From positions 1,550,001 through 1,614,000 of the forward strand of contig NW_025964358.1 of the NCBI RefSeq assembly GCF_023055435.1: 64,000 nt of DNA. Direction: 5' to 3'. The position numbers and the translations under genes were made by a program. Source of the stretch: Haliotis rufescens (taxonomy: Eukaryota). The notes under the pieces are model-generated. The model searched no databases. It was not told where the DNA came from and saw only the letters and a list, made by a program, of their open reading frames with translations. The first letter of the stretch is position 1. Each line of letters begins with the position of its first letter. This document shows, piece by piece, positions 12,500 to 25,934 of the stretch.

Positions 12500-14523
12500 C
12501 ACAAGTCATATTGACTGTAGCAGATATATCTCCGTTATTTATATTAACTGTAGCAGATATAGCTCCGTTATTCATACAGGGCAATACAATTCATATTGAC
12601 TGAAGCAGATATATTTCCGTTATTCATACAGGGCAATACAATTCATATTGTCTGTAGCAGATATATCTCCGTTATTCATATTGACTGTAGCAGATATATC
12701 TCCGTTATTCATACAGGGCAATACAATTCATATTGACTGAAGCAGATATATTTCCGTTATTCATACAGGGCAATACAATTCATATTGACTGTAGCAGATA
12801 TATTTCCGTTATTCATACAGGGCAATACAATTCATATTGACTATAGCAGATATATTTCCGTTATTCATACAGGGCAATACAATTCATACTGACTGTAGCA
12901 GATATATATCCGTTATTCATACAAGGCAATACAATTCATATTGACTATAGCAGATATATTTCCGTTATTCATACAGGGCAATACAATTCATACGAACTGT
13001 AGCAGATATATTTCCGTTATTTATACAGAGCAATACAATTCATACTGACCGTAGCAGATATATCTCCGTTATTCATACAAGGCAATACAATTCATATTGA
13101 CTATAGCAGATAACATCTCCGTTATTCATACAGGGCAATACAAGTCATTTTCACTGTAGCAGATAACATCCCCGTTATTCATACAGGGCAATACAATTCA
13201 TATTGACTGCAGCAGATATATCTCCGTTGCTCTGTACAGGGCAATTCAATTCATACTGACTGTAGCAGATAATATCTCCGTTGCTCAATACAGGGCAATA
13301 CCAGTCATATTGAATGTAGCAGATATATCTCCGTTGCACAGTACAGAGATATACAAGTCATATTGGCTGTAGCAGATATATCTCCGTTATTAATACAGGG
13401 CAATACAATTCTTATTGACTGTAGCAGATAACATCTCCGTTATTCATACAGGGCAATACAAGTCATTTCCACTGTAGCAGATAACATCTCGGTTATTCAT
13501 ACAGGGCAATACAATTCATATTGAATGTAGCAGCTATATCTCCGTTGCTCAATACAGGGCAATACAATTCATATTGACTGTAGCAGATATATCTCCGTTG
13601 CTCAATACAGGGCAATACAATTCATATTGACTGTAGCAGATATATCTCCGTTGCTCTGTACAGGGCAATTCAATTCATACTGACTGTAGCAGATATATCT
13701 CCGTTGCTCAATACAGGGCAATACAAGTCATATTGAATGCAGCAGCTATATCTCAGTTGCACAGTACAGAGATAAACAAGTCATATTGGCTGTAGTAGAT
13801 ATATCTCCGTTGCTTTGTAGAGGGCAATACAATTCATATTGACTGTAGCAGATATATCTCCGTTGCTCAATACAGGGCAATACAATTCATATTGACTGTA
13901 GCAGATATATCTCCGTTGCTCTGTACAGGGCAATTCAATTCATACTGACTGTAGCAGATATATCTCCGTTGCTCAATACAGGGCAATACAAGTCATATTG
14001 AATGCAGCAGCTATATCTCAGTTGCACAGTACAGAGATATACAAGTCATATTGGCTGTAGTAGATATATCTCCGTTGCTTTGTAGAGAGCAATACAATTC
14101 ATATTGACTGTAGCAGATATATCTCCGTTGCTCAATACAGGGCAATACAATTCATATTGACTGTAGCAGATATATCTCCGTTGCTCTGTACAGGGCAATA
14201 CAATTCATATTGACTGTAGCAGATATATCTCCGTTGCTCTGTACAGGGCAATTCAATTCATATTGACTGTAGCAGATAATATCTCCGTTGCTCAATACAG
14301 GGCAATACAAGTCATATTGAATGTAGCAGCTATATCTCAGTTGCACAGTACAGAGATATACAAGTCATATTGGCTGTAGCAGATATATCTCCGTTGCTTT
14401 GTAGAGGGCAATACAATTCATATTGACTGTAGCAGATATATCTCCGTTGCTCAGTACAGGGCAATACAAGACTAGTCATATGGACTGTAGAAGATATATC
14501 TCCGTTATCCAGTACAGGGAATA
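12500..14523. repeat. ~52-bp minisatellite
   Basis: CAATACAATTCATATTGACTGTAGCAGATATATCTCCGTT(ATTCA|GCTCAA|GCTCTG)TACAGGG repeated. Confidence 0.95.
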
Positions 14524-14870
14524 CGGGTGGACGTATTCGACACATCAACATGGGTGGATGTATTGACCATAACGGCATGGGTGGATGTATTAACCATAAC
14601 AGCATGGGTGGATGTATTGACCATAACGGCATGGGTGGATGTATTGACCATAACTGCATGGGTGGATGTATTGACCATGACGTCATGGGTGGATGTATTG
14701 ACCATAACTGCATGGGTGGATGTATTTACCATAACAGCATGTATGGATGTATTTACCATAACTGCATGGGTGGATGTATTGACCATAACGGCATGGGTGG
14801 ATATATTGACCATAACGGCATTGATGGATGTATTGACCATAACGGCATGGATGGATGTATTGCACATAAT
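14524..14870. repeat. 27-bp minisatellite (GGGTGGATGTATTGACCATAACGGCAT)
   Basis: Direct tandem repetition. Confidence 0.95.
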
Positions 14871-16098
14871 GTCATGTATCGATGCACCAGGTGAAACAGT
14901 TCATATTTTGAGCGAAAATGTTGATATATCGGGTGTAACAGTTTTGGGTTTTAGGAATGGATTGCTAGATGGAATATTTAACAGGGTTCTAGCGAAGCTT
15001 GTTTTTTAGGGTCAGACAAGCGAAGGGGACTGACCCCAAGATAACTGCATCACACACACAACGTGATCACATAACTGTCAGTTGAGGTAAAAAGGCGTGA
15101 AAGTGTTTCCGGGCTGCGTATTAGCGCTACAATTACGCGGTCGATACACAAGCATCGACTGGCAGGCCTCGCCGCACGCGCGCTCTCTGTGACGTCACCC
15201 AAGAGATGTCAAGTACCTGTCAACATACAGCTGAAGAGCTGAAGGCGATTTGATACGCCGACTACAATTACTTTTGCGTGTGGTGAGGACGGCTTTATGT
15301 TTGTACATTTTTAAAGAGGGTTGTATTCGAAATAGACATGAAAGAAAACGGTCGTGATTTGTTAAACGGAAGCGACTGTCAGAACAACTTCCGCTATCGC
15401 TGATTTGTTGCGGGCGGTTAAGACTGGGTCTGTGGATGTTGCACCCGCTTGTCAACAGGGCATATAACTCACGTGGAGGAGAGCCGTCAACACGAGATCC
15501 GGGAATACCAGAGAACACGACTCGACAATGCACGGGTTTGTTACACCGGATAGAAAGTATCCCAGCCGAGTAATAGATCTGTGATCAGTTGAAGAGTGGC
15601 TCTTCGCATTTTTTCCGTATTGAATACAAATGGAGTACAGCGTTAAAATTTAAGTTTAAAATAAATGTCCTCTAAAAGATGTTTATTTGACAATCAGTAC
15701 AATGCGAGCACAATCACTTGTGAGTCAGTGACGTCACATAATTATGACGCCATATTGTCGACCGACCAGCATTCTTGACAACTCGTGCAATTCCGAGAAA
15801 AGTCCTTGTTTCGAAAAAAACGAGAGTGGTGGTGTATGTCCGTCCGACCAGTCAACTTTCATGATTTTTATTAGACGGAGCACAAATACTTCATCCGTTT
15901 TATATTTTTATTTCATTTATTTATAAACTTATTTATTTCTATATTTTGGGGGGATGGATAGTCATGATTAACCAGCCGTGGGTTTTACCACAGGGGTAGA
16001 CGTCTATGACCTGCATCATTATGTCTTTTCAAGGAGGGTGAACCGAACACTGGGTACATCGTTCCACCGACAGTTAGCTGTCTGTGTGTCATAGTGTC

Positions 16099-16268
16099 AG
16101 GCGTGGCATGGGGTAATCTGGTGGTTCAAGTGTCCTCTCGTCACGCCAAAGACTAGGGTTCGATTCCCATAGAAGCCAATTTCCATTTCAGGTGTCCTCC
16201 CGCCATGATATTGGAGGCGTATTGCTAAATTGCTAAAAGCGTCGTAAAATATATTCAGTCGTCGCTCA
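16099..16268 (+). mobile_element. SINE family B, degenerate copy
   Basis: CTCGTCACGCCAAAGACTAGGGTTCGATTCCC ... GGTGTCCTCCCGCCATGATATTG ... GCTAAAAGCGTCGTAAAA. Confidence 0.7.
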
Positions 16269-16622
16269 TGCCTTCGACCACTGTTTTGCCTGGTCCAGAC
16301 TCGACAGCTAAAGTCTCCACATAAGCCTGGCTTCACGACTCTGAGCGTGACTGCCGTGACATGTCGCATACCTGAACCCATCTTATGCATGTAATTAGAC
16401 GAGGCCGTGAAAGACAATCCTCTGTGCGGGAGTGGCAGATGCTACAGGCTGTCGAATAGCGCGTAGGTGTGTCACTGTCACGTACAGATATACGGTGGCC
16501 ATGGTGGCGGCGTTTAGCTGCAGCTCATATACTTTGGTGGAGTGTTGGCTGGCGTGGGAGTTGGTTTCGTCGTCCCAAGTCTCGGCTTCAGTTGAATGTG
16601 AATCTTTTGGTCACGATCTATA

Positions 16623-18030
16623 GGAAATGGGACTTCCTTCTGTGTCAGTATTGGGCCTCAGTAAAATTGGTCATCCTTTAGTATTGGGACTGACAGTCAG
16701 TGAAATGGGTCATCCTTTAGTATTGGGACTGACGGTCAGTAAAATGGATTATACTTTAGTATCGGGACTGACAGTCAGTAAAACGAAACGGGTCATTCTT
16801 TAGTATTGGGACTGGTAGTCAGTGAAATGGGTCATCCTTTAGTATTGGGACTGACAGTCAGTAAACTGGGTTATACTTTAGTATCGGGACTGACAGTCAG
16901 TAAAATGTGTTATTCTTTAGTATTGGGACTGACAGTAAAATGTGTTATTCTTTAGTATTGAGACTGACAGTAAAATGGGTCTTTCTTTAGTATTGGGACT
17001 GACAGAAAAATGGGTCATCCTTTAGTACTGGGAATGAAAGTCAGTAAAATGGGTTATACTTTAGTACTGGGACTGACAGTGAGTAAAACGGGCCATTCTT
17101 TAGTATTGGGACTGGTAGTCTGTGAAATGGGGCATCCTTGAGTATTGGGACTGACAGTCAGTAAAATGGGTTATTCTTTAGTATTGGGACTGACAGTAAA
17201 ATGGGTCATCCTTTAGTACTGGAACTGACAGTGAGTAAAATGGGTTATTTTTTAGTATTGGGTCTGGTAGTCAGTGAAATGGGTCATCCTTTAGTATTGG
17301 GACTGACAGTCAGTAAAATGGGTTATTCTTTAGTATCGGGACTGACAGTCAGTAAAATGGGTTATACTTTAGTATCGGGACTGACAGTCAGTAAAATGGG
17401 TCATTCTTTAGTATTGGGACTGACAGTAAAATCGGTCTTTCTTTAGTATTGGGACTGACAGTAAAACGGGTCATCCTTTAGTTTTGGGACTGGTAGTTCG
17501 TGAAATGGGGCATCCTTTAGTATTGGGACTGACAGTCAGTAAAATGGGTTATACTTTAGTATTGGGACTGACAGTAAAATGGGTTATTCTTTAGTTTTGG
17601 GACTGACAGTAAAATCGGTCTTTCTTTAGTATTGGGACTGACAGTAAAACGGATCATCCTTCAGTATTGGGACTGTTGTTCGTGAAATGGGGCATCCTTT
17701 AGTATTGGGACTGACAGTCAGTCAAATGGGTTATACTTTAGTATTGGGACTGACAGTAAAATGGGTCATTTTTTAGTATTGGGACTGACAGTCAGTAAAA
17801 TGGTTCATTCTTTAGTATTGGGACTGGTAGTAAGTGAAATGGGTCATCCTTTAGTACTGGGAATGAAAGTCAGTCAAATGGGTTATACTTTAGTATTTGG
17901 ACTGACAGTAAAATGGGTCATTTTTTAGTATTGGGACTGACAGTCAGTAAAATGGTTCATTCTTTAGTATTGGGACTGGTAGTAAGTGAAATGGGTTATT
18001 CTTTAGTATTGGGACTGACAGTAACAGTAA
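16623..18030. repeat. 35/39-bp minisatellite (GTATTGGGACTGACAGTCAGTAAAATGGGTCATCCTTTA)
   Basis: Direct tandem repetition. Confidence 0.95.
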
Positions 18031-18545
18031 AATGTGTTAGCCGAGATTTTCTGTGAAATGGGTTTCCTTCTGTGTTAGCCGTGATTCTCAGTGAAATGGG
18101 TTTCCTTCTGTTTTAGCCGATATTCTCAGTGAAATGGGTTTCCTTCTGTGTTAGCCGTGATTCTCAGTGAAATGGGTTTCCTTCTGTGTTAGCCGTGATT
18201 CTCAGTGAAATGGGTTTCCTTCTGTGTTAGCCGTGATTCTCAGTGAAATGGGTTTCCTTCTGTGTTAGCCGAGATTCTCTGTGAAATGGGTTTCCTTCTG
18301 TGTTAGCCGTGATTCTCTGTGAAATGGGTTTCCTTCTGTGTTAGCCGATATTCTCTGTGAAATGGGTTTCCTTCTGTGTTAGCCGTGATTCTCAGTGAAA
18401 TGGGTTTCCTTCTGTGTTAGCCGATATTCTCAGTGAAATGGGTTTCCTTCTGTGTGAGCCGTGATTCTCAGTGAAATGGGTTTCCTTCCGTGTTAACCGA
18501 GATTCTTAGTGAAATGGGTTTCCTTCTGTGATAGGACTGGACGTC
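18031..18545. repeat. 38-bp minisatellite (GTGAAATGGGTTTCCTTCTGTGTTAGCCGTGATTCTCA)
   Basis: Direct tandem repetition. Confidence 0.95.
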
Positions 18546-19869
18546 GGTGAAATGTGATTGTTTTTATTTTGGAATAGTCACTTAAATGAATAATGTTCCT
18601 CTGAAAATAGAATTTTTCTACACATATTTTTTTAGGAGATCCTGAATGTCAAGCGAACGCATATCTATAAACTCCTAGGGAGACATGGTTGCGTTGTCGC
18701 GCTTTTATTAATTTTTGACACTTTTTTTGTAAGAGCGACATTGCGACCCTTCTAAGATTCCATACATATCATTTTGTAAAGCCCGAGCCATATTTTCTTG
18801 AAAACATTTGTTTGACTGTCAGAATCACAGTTACACACTTTCTTAAACGACTTCATGAAGATCAAATTAATTTTTGCGTGCCCCTACAATTTTACACAGA
18901 CTTCTTTTCAGATTTAACGCCGTTCTCTTTGTATGTGATCACCCGATACCGATCTGGAGGTCAGTGGGTGCATACATCCCGCCTAACGGACGCCCCCATA
19001 TTTCGATTATCTTTACAAACAGATTCGCTGTCGTCAACAACAGTCGTGTCCTGTCCCACCAAATATTCATCATGTGGAGGTATTGGCTGCCCCTTCTTCC
19101 AGTACTAATACATGTTACCTCCTTTCGATGGAGTACACAGCAGGGCTCGGTTTTCAGTTAATGCATCTCCTTATAGGTTATGTCCACTGAAGGCGACGAG
19201 AAATGCCGATGCACGTGACCCGCAAAGTCGGGTTCTTGTTATTCCACTTCTGACACCAAATGTTATGGTTGGTAGACACAACCGGAAGTTGTGGCCGAAA
19301 CCTGTATTCATATGATCAGCCAATCAAAGCCAAGCCTCCAGTATCGCACCTCGCGGGATAATCGCCCTCTACGTTTCAAGACAATCGACACGGAAATTAG
19401 AAGGTAATAAGCAGTGTGTTTTTATGTACGATTCCGTAAATGACTTTCATCCGGGAAGCCGAACTAACCACTGACAGTGCGTTTCACACAGCAATATGTG
19501 GTAGGGATGTTGAATTATATTACGTTGAGGGCAGTTAAATATTATCGTTTTCGTTTAACGTCTCAGTCATAAAAGTGTAAAAGATGTAGCTGGTTGTTGA
19601 TATATTTGCATCTCATAAGGAACATTACTTCCAGACTCTGGACGCCTTGACTGACGTTCATGTCGGGTAAACCGCCAGCAAAAGAAGATGTTCGCTTGAA
19701 AACTGGATGTGACCAAAATATTAAAACCGTTGTCTAAACTTTTCTTTGCCGAAACACTGCAAACGCAACTATGATGTTGTGTCAACGGCCCAATGGCGTT
19801 AACATGGGACAAGACGTAGCTGATGACCATCTACGTCGATGGGGTGACTGCGTTGCATATTGGTCATTG

Positions 19870-21865
19870 TAACACCTGATAAACCCCAACACTGAACACC
19901 TGAAATACTCCAAAACTGAACACCTCATATACTCCAACCCTGAACACCTTATATACTCCGACACTGAACACCTGAAATACTCCTACACTAAACACCTGAA
20001 ATACTCCAACACTAAACACCTGAAATACTCCAACACTGAACGCCTGAAATAGTCCAACACTGAACACCTGAAATGACCCAACACTAAACACCCGAAATAC
20101 TCCAACACTGAACACCTGAAATACTCCAACACTAAACACCCGAAATACTCCAACACTGAACACCTCATATACTCCAACTCTGAACACCTGAAATACTCCA
20201 ACAATGAACACCTCATATACTCCAACACTGAACACCTCATATACCCCTACACTCAACACCTCATATACTCTAACACTACACACCTCATTTACTCCAACAC
20301 TGAACACCTTATATACAACACTAAACACCTGAAATACTCCAACAATGAACACCTCATATTCTCCTACACTGAACATCTCATATACTCCAACACTGAACAC
20401 CTGATATACCACTGCACTGAACACTTCATATACTCCAACACTGAACACCTCACATACCCCTACACTGAACACCTCATATACTCCAACACTGAACACCTCA
20501 TATACCCCTACAATGAACACCTCATACACTCCAACACTAAACACCTCATATACTCCAACACTGAACACCCCATATACTCCAACACTGAACACCTCATATA
20601 CCCCTACACTGAACACCTCATATACTCCAAGACTGAACACCTCATATACCCCTACACTGAACACCTCATATACTCCAACACTGAACACCTCATATACACC
20701 AACTCTGAACACCTGAAATACTCCAACAATGAACACCTCATATACTCCAACACTGAACACCTCATATACCCCTACACTGAACACCTCATATACTCTAACA
20801 CTACACACCTCATTTACTCCAACACTGAACACCTTATATACAACACTAAACACCTGAAATACTCCAACAATGAACACCTCATATTCTCCTACACTGAACA
20901 TCTCATATACTCCAACACTGAACACCTGATATACCACTGCACTGAACACTTCATATACTCCAACACTGAACACCTCACATACCCCTACACTGAACACCTC
21001 ATATACTCCAACACTGAACACCTCATATACCCCTACAATGAACACCTCATACACTCCAACACTAAACACCTCATATACTCCAACACTGAACACCCCATAT
21101 ACTCCAACACTGAACACCTCATATACCCCTACACTGAACACCTCATATACTCCAAGACTGAACACCTCATATACCCCTACACTGAACACCTCATATACTC
21201 CAACACTAAACACCTCATATACTCCAACACTAAACACCTCATATACTCCAACACTGAACACCTCATATACTCCAACACTGAACACCTCATATACCCCTAC
21301 ACTGAACACCTCATATACCCCTACACTGAACACCTCATACACTCCAACACTAAACACCTCATATACTCCAACACTAAACACCTCATATACTCCAACACTG
21401 AACACCCCATATACTCCAACACTGAACACCTCATATACCCCTACACTGAACACCTCATATACTCCAACACTGAACACCTCATATACCCCTACACTGAGCA
21501 CCTCATATACTCCAACACTGAACACCTCATATACCCCTACACTGAGCACCTCATATACTCCAACACTGAACACCTCATATACCCCTACACTGAGCACCTC
21601 ATATACTCCAACACTGAACACCTCATATACCCCTACACTGAGCACCTCATATACTCCAACACTGAACACCTCATATACCCCTACGCTGAACACCTCATAT
21701 ACTCCAACACTGAACACCTCATATACCCCTACACTGAGCACCTCATATACTCCAACACTGAACACCTCATATACCCCTACACTGAGCACCTCATATACTC
21801 CAACACTGAACACCTCATATACCCCTACACTGAGCACCTCATATACTCCAACACTGAACACCTGA
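19870..21865. repeat. 24-bp minisatellite (ACTGAACACCTCATATACTCCAAC)
   Basis: Direct tandem repetition; contains a 525-bp higher-order duplication. Confidence 0.95.
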
Positions 21866-22277
21866 TATCCTAGGGCGTGTGGAGCATCGTTCCCATTCAA
21901 TGACCAAAGTGACATCGCTGGCACTTCAACTCATGTCCCGTTATCTCGTTACACCGACGTTAACCAGCGTTTTATCTCTTACTAGAGTTCAGAGTTTGGG
22001 GTCAGATTGTGAGCCCACTCTGAGACGTGATAACTTTACTGTTGATCTAATTACCAATGGCTGGGGATAAGGCCCTTTGACGTCATTGTGACGTCAGTTC
22101 ACTGTATACAAATTACATCATTAAGTAGCGATGAGTCTAACACCAGCGACGCCCAACTAGTGTCCCTAGTTGCTATGCTGGGTCACTTTTAAACATTTAC
22201 TTTAAAACTACACTGAAAAGGACCCCAGTGTTGCTTCGATGTCACACGAAAACAACCGAATCTTTAAAATGGGAGGG

Positions 22278-22634
22278 TCAGGTTAAATGGGGTTTCACGT
22301 CGCGTCCAAGATTATTGCACTAATATAACGACGTGCATGCACGTGTGTGTGTGTGTGTGGCTGCTTGTACTTGTTCGGACTGATGCCGATTTATAGTGCT
22401 AGCACACTGAGATACCATGCCGCAGTTTAACATGAATAATCCACTCAGACACAGTATACTGACTCCGAGCCGACCAGTCCTTGTTTTAGCCTCTTAATGC
22501 CGAGCGTCAGACAGGGTAACAACAAGTACCAAGTTTACAAGTTTAACGTCTTTTGGTATGATGCGGCCGGGGATCGAACCCAGGACCTTCCGCTCTCCGG
22601 GCGGACGCTCTACCACTAGACCACGGAGGCGATC
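22278..22634 (-). mobile_element. tRNA-derived SINE family C (MetaSINE-like central domain)
   Basis: A box TGGTCTAGTGG and B box GGTTCGATCCC. Body CATACCAAAAGAC..GGTACTTG..GACTGGTCGGCTCGGAGTCAG..CTAGCACTATAAA resembles the Meta domain of mollusc SINEs (recollection). TSD TAAAATGGGAGGG / TGACATGGGAGGG. Confidence 0.8.
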
Positions 22635-22913
22635 TGACATGGGAGGGAAGAAGAAAAAGTCCGCCTGTGAAATTATACACAAGAAGTAATAGTTTCATGT
22701 ATGGATAATGGTATCAATAACACTATCCTCTGGCGTTACATTGTGTTCATGACGTCACTAATCCTCTCACGTCATAACATGACACAATAAATTGTGTCAA
22801 TAATGAGAATTTCCATTCAGATTGGTTACCTTACTCACATCTCGACTGCACGGTAGGTAAAACTCTTCTCCGATAGTATGACGTAACATGGAAAAATTGA
22901 ACTCCCTCTGTTT

Positions 22914-23065
22914 GTGAATGAGTGAGTTTTGTTTTACGCCGCTTTTAACAATATTCCAGTCATATAACTGCGGGGGGCCCCAGACATTGGCTTCACACAT
23001 TGTACCCATGTTGGGAATCGAACCCGTGACGAGCGTGCGCTTTAACCACGAGGCTACCCTACCGC
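22914..23065 (-). mobile_element. SINE family B, older copy
   Basis: Colinear with the B consensus; small deletion in the tRNA part. Confidence 0.8.
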
Positions 23066-23534
23066 AACTCTCCCTGTGTAATATGTAGTTAATACCAGGT
23101 TTGTCACAAGGATTATTGACTCCCAATCTAGGTCAAGTCAGCGCGAACCATCAGCATGCAACCTGCTCCCTCATCTCAGGGGGGATTAGCAGTCCGATTC
23201 TTAAATCAGGCCACGGAAGCTTCCAAGAAACCATGAAATCAACTGATCCATCGGTTATCTCCCTTTGGTAATGGTATTCCATATCAGATATTGACCCAAA
23301 TGGATTGCCTGTCACGTATTTGCACTTCACGGTGGCGGTGTCGTCCTCTGCGGCTTTGGCGCATTGTCGTCATTGTCAACGTCTCCGAGGACCGACTTCA
23401 GATGTAGATATCCGCTGTCCGTCGGTGACGAAGACAGGCCAGAGAAACACACCTCATGGGTGACTAATGGTGTACAACGGAATATGATTGTCCTTGGGGC
23501 GGGAATGATATATGTACGATGTTGTCATCTAGAA

Positions 23535-23876
23535 GTTTCTTTCTTTCTTTCTTGTTTAACGCCGCACTCATCAATATCCCCACTATATGATGACGGTCTG
23601 AAAATGATCGTGTCTGGACCAGACAATCCATTGATTGACATCATGAGCTTCGAGGTACACAATTGGGATACGATGACATGCATCAACCAAGTCAGCGAGC
23701 CTGACCACCTGATCCCGTTAGTCGCCTCTTTCGACAGGCATAGTCGCCATTTACGGCAAGCATAGTCGCCTTTTACGGCAAGCATAGTCGCCTTTTACGG
23801 CAAGCATAGTCGCCTTTTACGGCAAGCATAGTCGCCTTTTACGGCAAGCATGGGTTGCTGAAGATCTTCACGGGTT
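23535..23876 (-). mobile_element. Family A copy with an expanded internal 22-bp module
   Basis: A consensus with five tandem GCATAGTCGCCTTTTACGGCAA-type units (23738-23847). Confidence 0.85.
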
Positions 23877-24499
23877 CATCTTTAAAAGTCCTGAATATAA
23901 TTATATATGGCAAGGGGGCGTGTGTGTGTTTGTGCGTGCGTGCGTGTGTTTTTGTGCGTGCGTGCGTGCGTGCGTGGGTACGTGCGTGCGTGCGTGCGTG
24001 CGTGTGTGTGTGTGTGTGTGTGGAGGTCGGGGGGTAGTGGGCAAGGATGTCAATATCCCAAATTTCCCGAATGTTTGACAAATCATTAGTAAAAGAGTAA
24101 TACCTTGTCTGTGGGACAAGTACTGTCAAACGGGTGGTCTTGCAATGACACCTGGGCATAGCAGGCCTAAAGAACGACACCTGGACGGGCTCGTCTCATG
24201 ATATCAACGCAATGTATTCAAATCTGCTCCTGTAATCAATGGAGAACTCTGTACAATACCAGGAGGATGAATTTCAACATGTGCCGTTAAAAAACCGGGT
24301 CCATGCAACCTTCTATATAATACATAGGTCATTAAGCATCTCAATTAGGGACATTAGGCGATGTCTTCCGAACAGATGGGCAGGTGTTGTGGTACAAATG
24401 AAATATACATCGAAATAGAACAGAAATTACAAATTAAAAGCAGAGGGATCTTCTTCCCCGTGTTTTGCATTAAATCGACTGTTCGGATTAATTCCCCAG

Positions 24500-25419
24500 G
24501 GGCCGCCTCCGTGGTCTGGTGGATAGAGCGTGTGTTCGTAGAGCACCTCCGTGGTCTGATGGATAGAGCGTGTGTTCGTAGAGCATCTACTTCGTCTGGT
24601 GGATAGAGCGTGTGTTCGTAGAGCACCTCCGTGGTCTGGTGGATAGAGCGTGTGTTCGTAGAGCACCTCCGTGGTCTGGTGGATAGAGCGTGTAATCGTA
24701 GAGCACCTCCGTGGTCTGGTGGATAGAGCGTGTGTTCGTAGAGCACCTCCGTGGTCTGATGGATAGAGCTTGTGTTCGTAAAGCACCTACTTGGTCTGGT
24801 GGATAGAGCGTGTGTTCGTAGAGCACCTCCGTGGTCTGGTGGATAGAGCGTGTAATCGTAGAGCACCTCCGTGGTCTGGTGGATAGAGCGTGTGTTCGTA
24901 GAGCACCTACTTGGTCTGGTGGATAGAGCGTGTGTTCGTAGAGCACATCCGTGGTCTGGTGGATAGAGCGTGTGTTCGTAGAGCACCTCCGTGGTCTGGT
25001 GGATAGAGCGTGTGTTCGTAGAGCACCTCCGTGGTCTGGTGGATAGAGCGTGTGTTCGTAGAGCACTTCCATGGTCTGGTGGATAGAGCGTGTGTTCGTA
25101 GAGCACCTCCGTGGTCTGGTGGATAGAGCGTGTGTTCGTAGACCACCTACTTGGTCTGGTGGATAGAGCGTGTGTTCGTAGAGCACCTCCGTGGTCTGGT
25201 GGATAGAGCGTGTGTTCGTAGAGCACCTCCGTGGTCTGGTGGATAGAGCGTGTGTTCGTAGAGCACCTCCGTGGCCTGGTGGATAGAGCGTGTGTTCGTA
25301 GAGCACCTCCGTGGTCTGGTGGATAGAGCGTGTGTTCGTAGAGCACCTCCGTGGTCTGGTGGATAGAGCGTGTGTTCGTAGAGCACTTCCATGGTCTGGT
25401 GGATAGAGCGTGTGTTCGT
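24500..25419. repeat. 40-bp minisatellite (CTCCGTGGTCTGGTGGATAGAGCGTGTGTTCGTAGAGCAC)
   Basis: ~23 highly homogeneous units. Confidence 0.95.
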
Positions 25420-25815
25420 TCACCATCAGTGTGTATCACCACCAGTATGTCCTGCCATCAGTGTGTCTCACCATCAATGTGTCTCACCATCAGTGCCTCT
25501 CACCACCAGTGCCCTTCACCAGCAGTGCATCTCACAAGCAGTGCATCTCACCATCAGTGTGTTTCACTGTCAGTGCATCTTACCCTCAGTGTGTCTCACC
25601 ATCTCACCCTCAGTGTGTCTCACCATCTTACCATTAGTGTGTCTCACCATCTTACCATAAGTGTCTCACCATCTCACCATCAGTGTGTCCCACCATTAAT
25701 GTGTCTCACCATAAGTGTGTCCCACATCTCACCCTCACTGTGTCTCACCATCTTACCATTAGTGTCTCATCATCTCACCATCAATGTGTCCTACCATTAA
25801 TGTATCACACCATCA
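25420..25815. repeat. Irregular short-unit repeat built on TGTGTCTCACCATCAG
   Basis: Recurrent TCTCACCATC / CAGTGTG motifs. Confidence 0.8.
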
Positions 25816-25934
25816 ATCATTAGAATACATGTTCAGGTGTGTTTTGAAAACAATACATTTGAATTATATCACGACATAACCAGTTGATAGGGGGGTTGAA
25901 TTCGAAGTAATGCGGGTCTTAGACCTCTACAGAC

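Noticed and set aside
9087-14523. CRISPR-like reading of the 88-bp and 52-bp arrays
   Set aside because: No unique spacers, no cas genes, and a eukaryotic context.
19813-19850. Hammerhead-like CTGATGA followed by a perfect CCATC/GATGG stem
   Set aside because: The required GAAA after stem II is missing (GGTG instead). The CTGATGA at ~35566 lacks a stem II.
19864-21924. 686-aa ORF (SVGVYEVF)n
   Set aside because: Translation of a 24-bp minisatellite; open on both strands; no splice or domain context.
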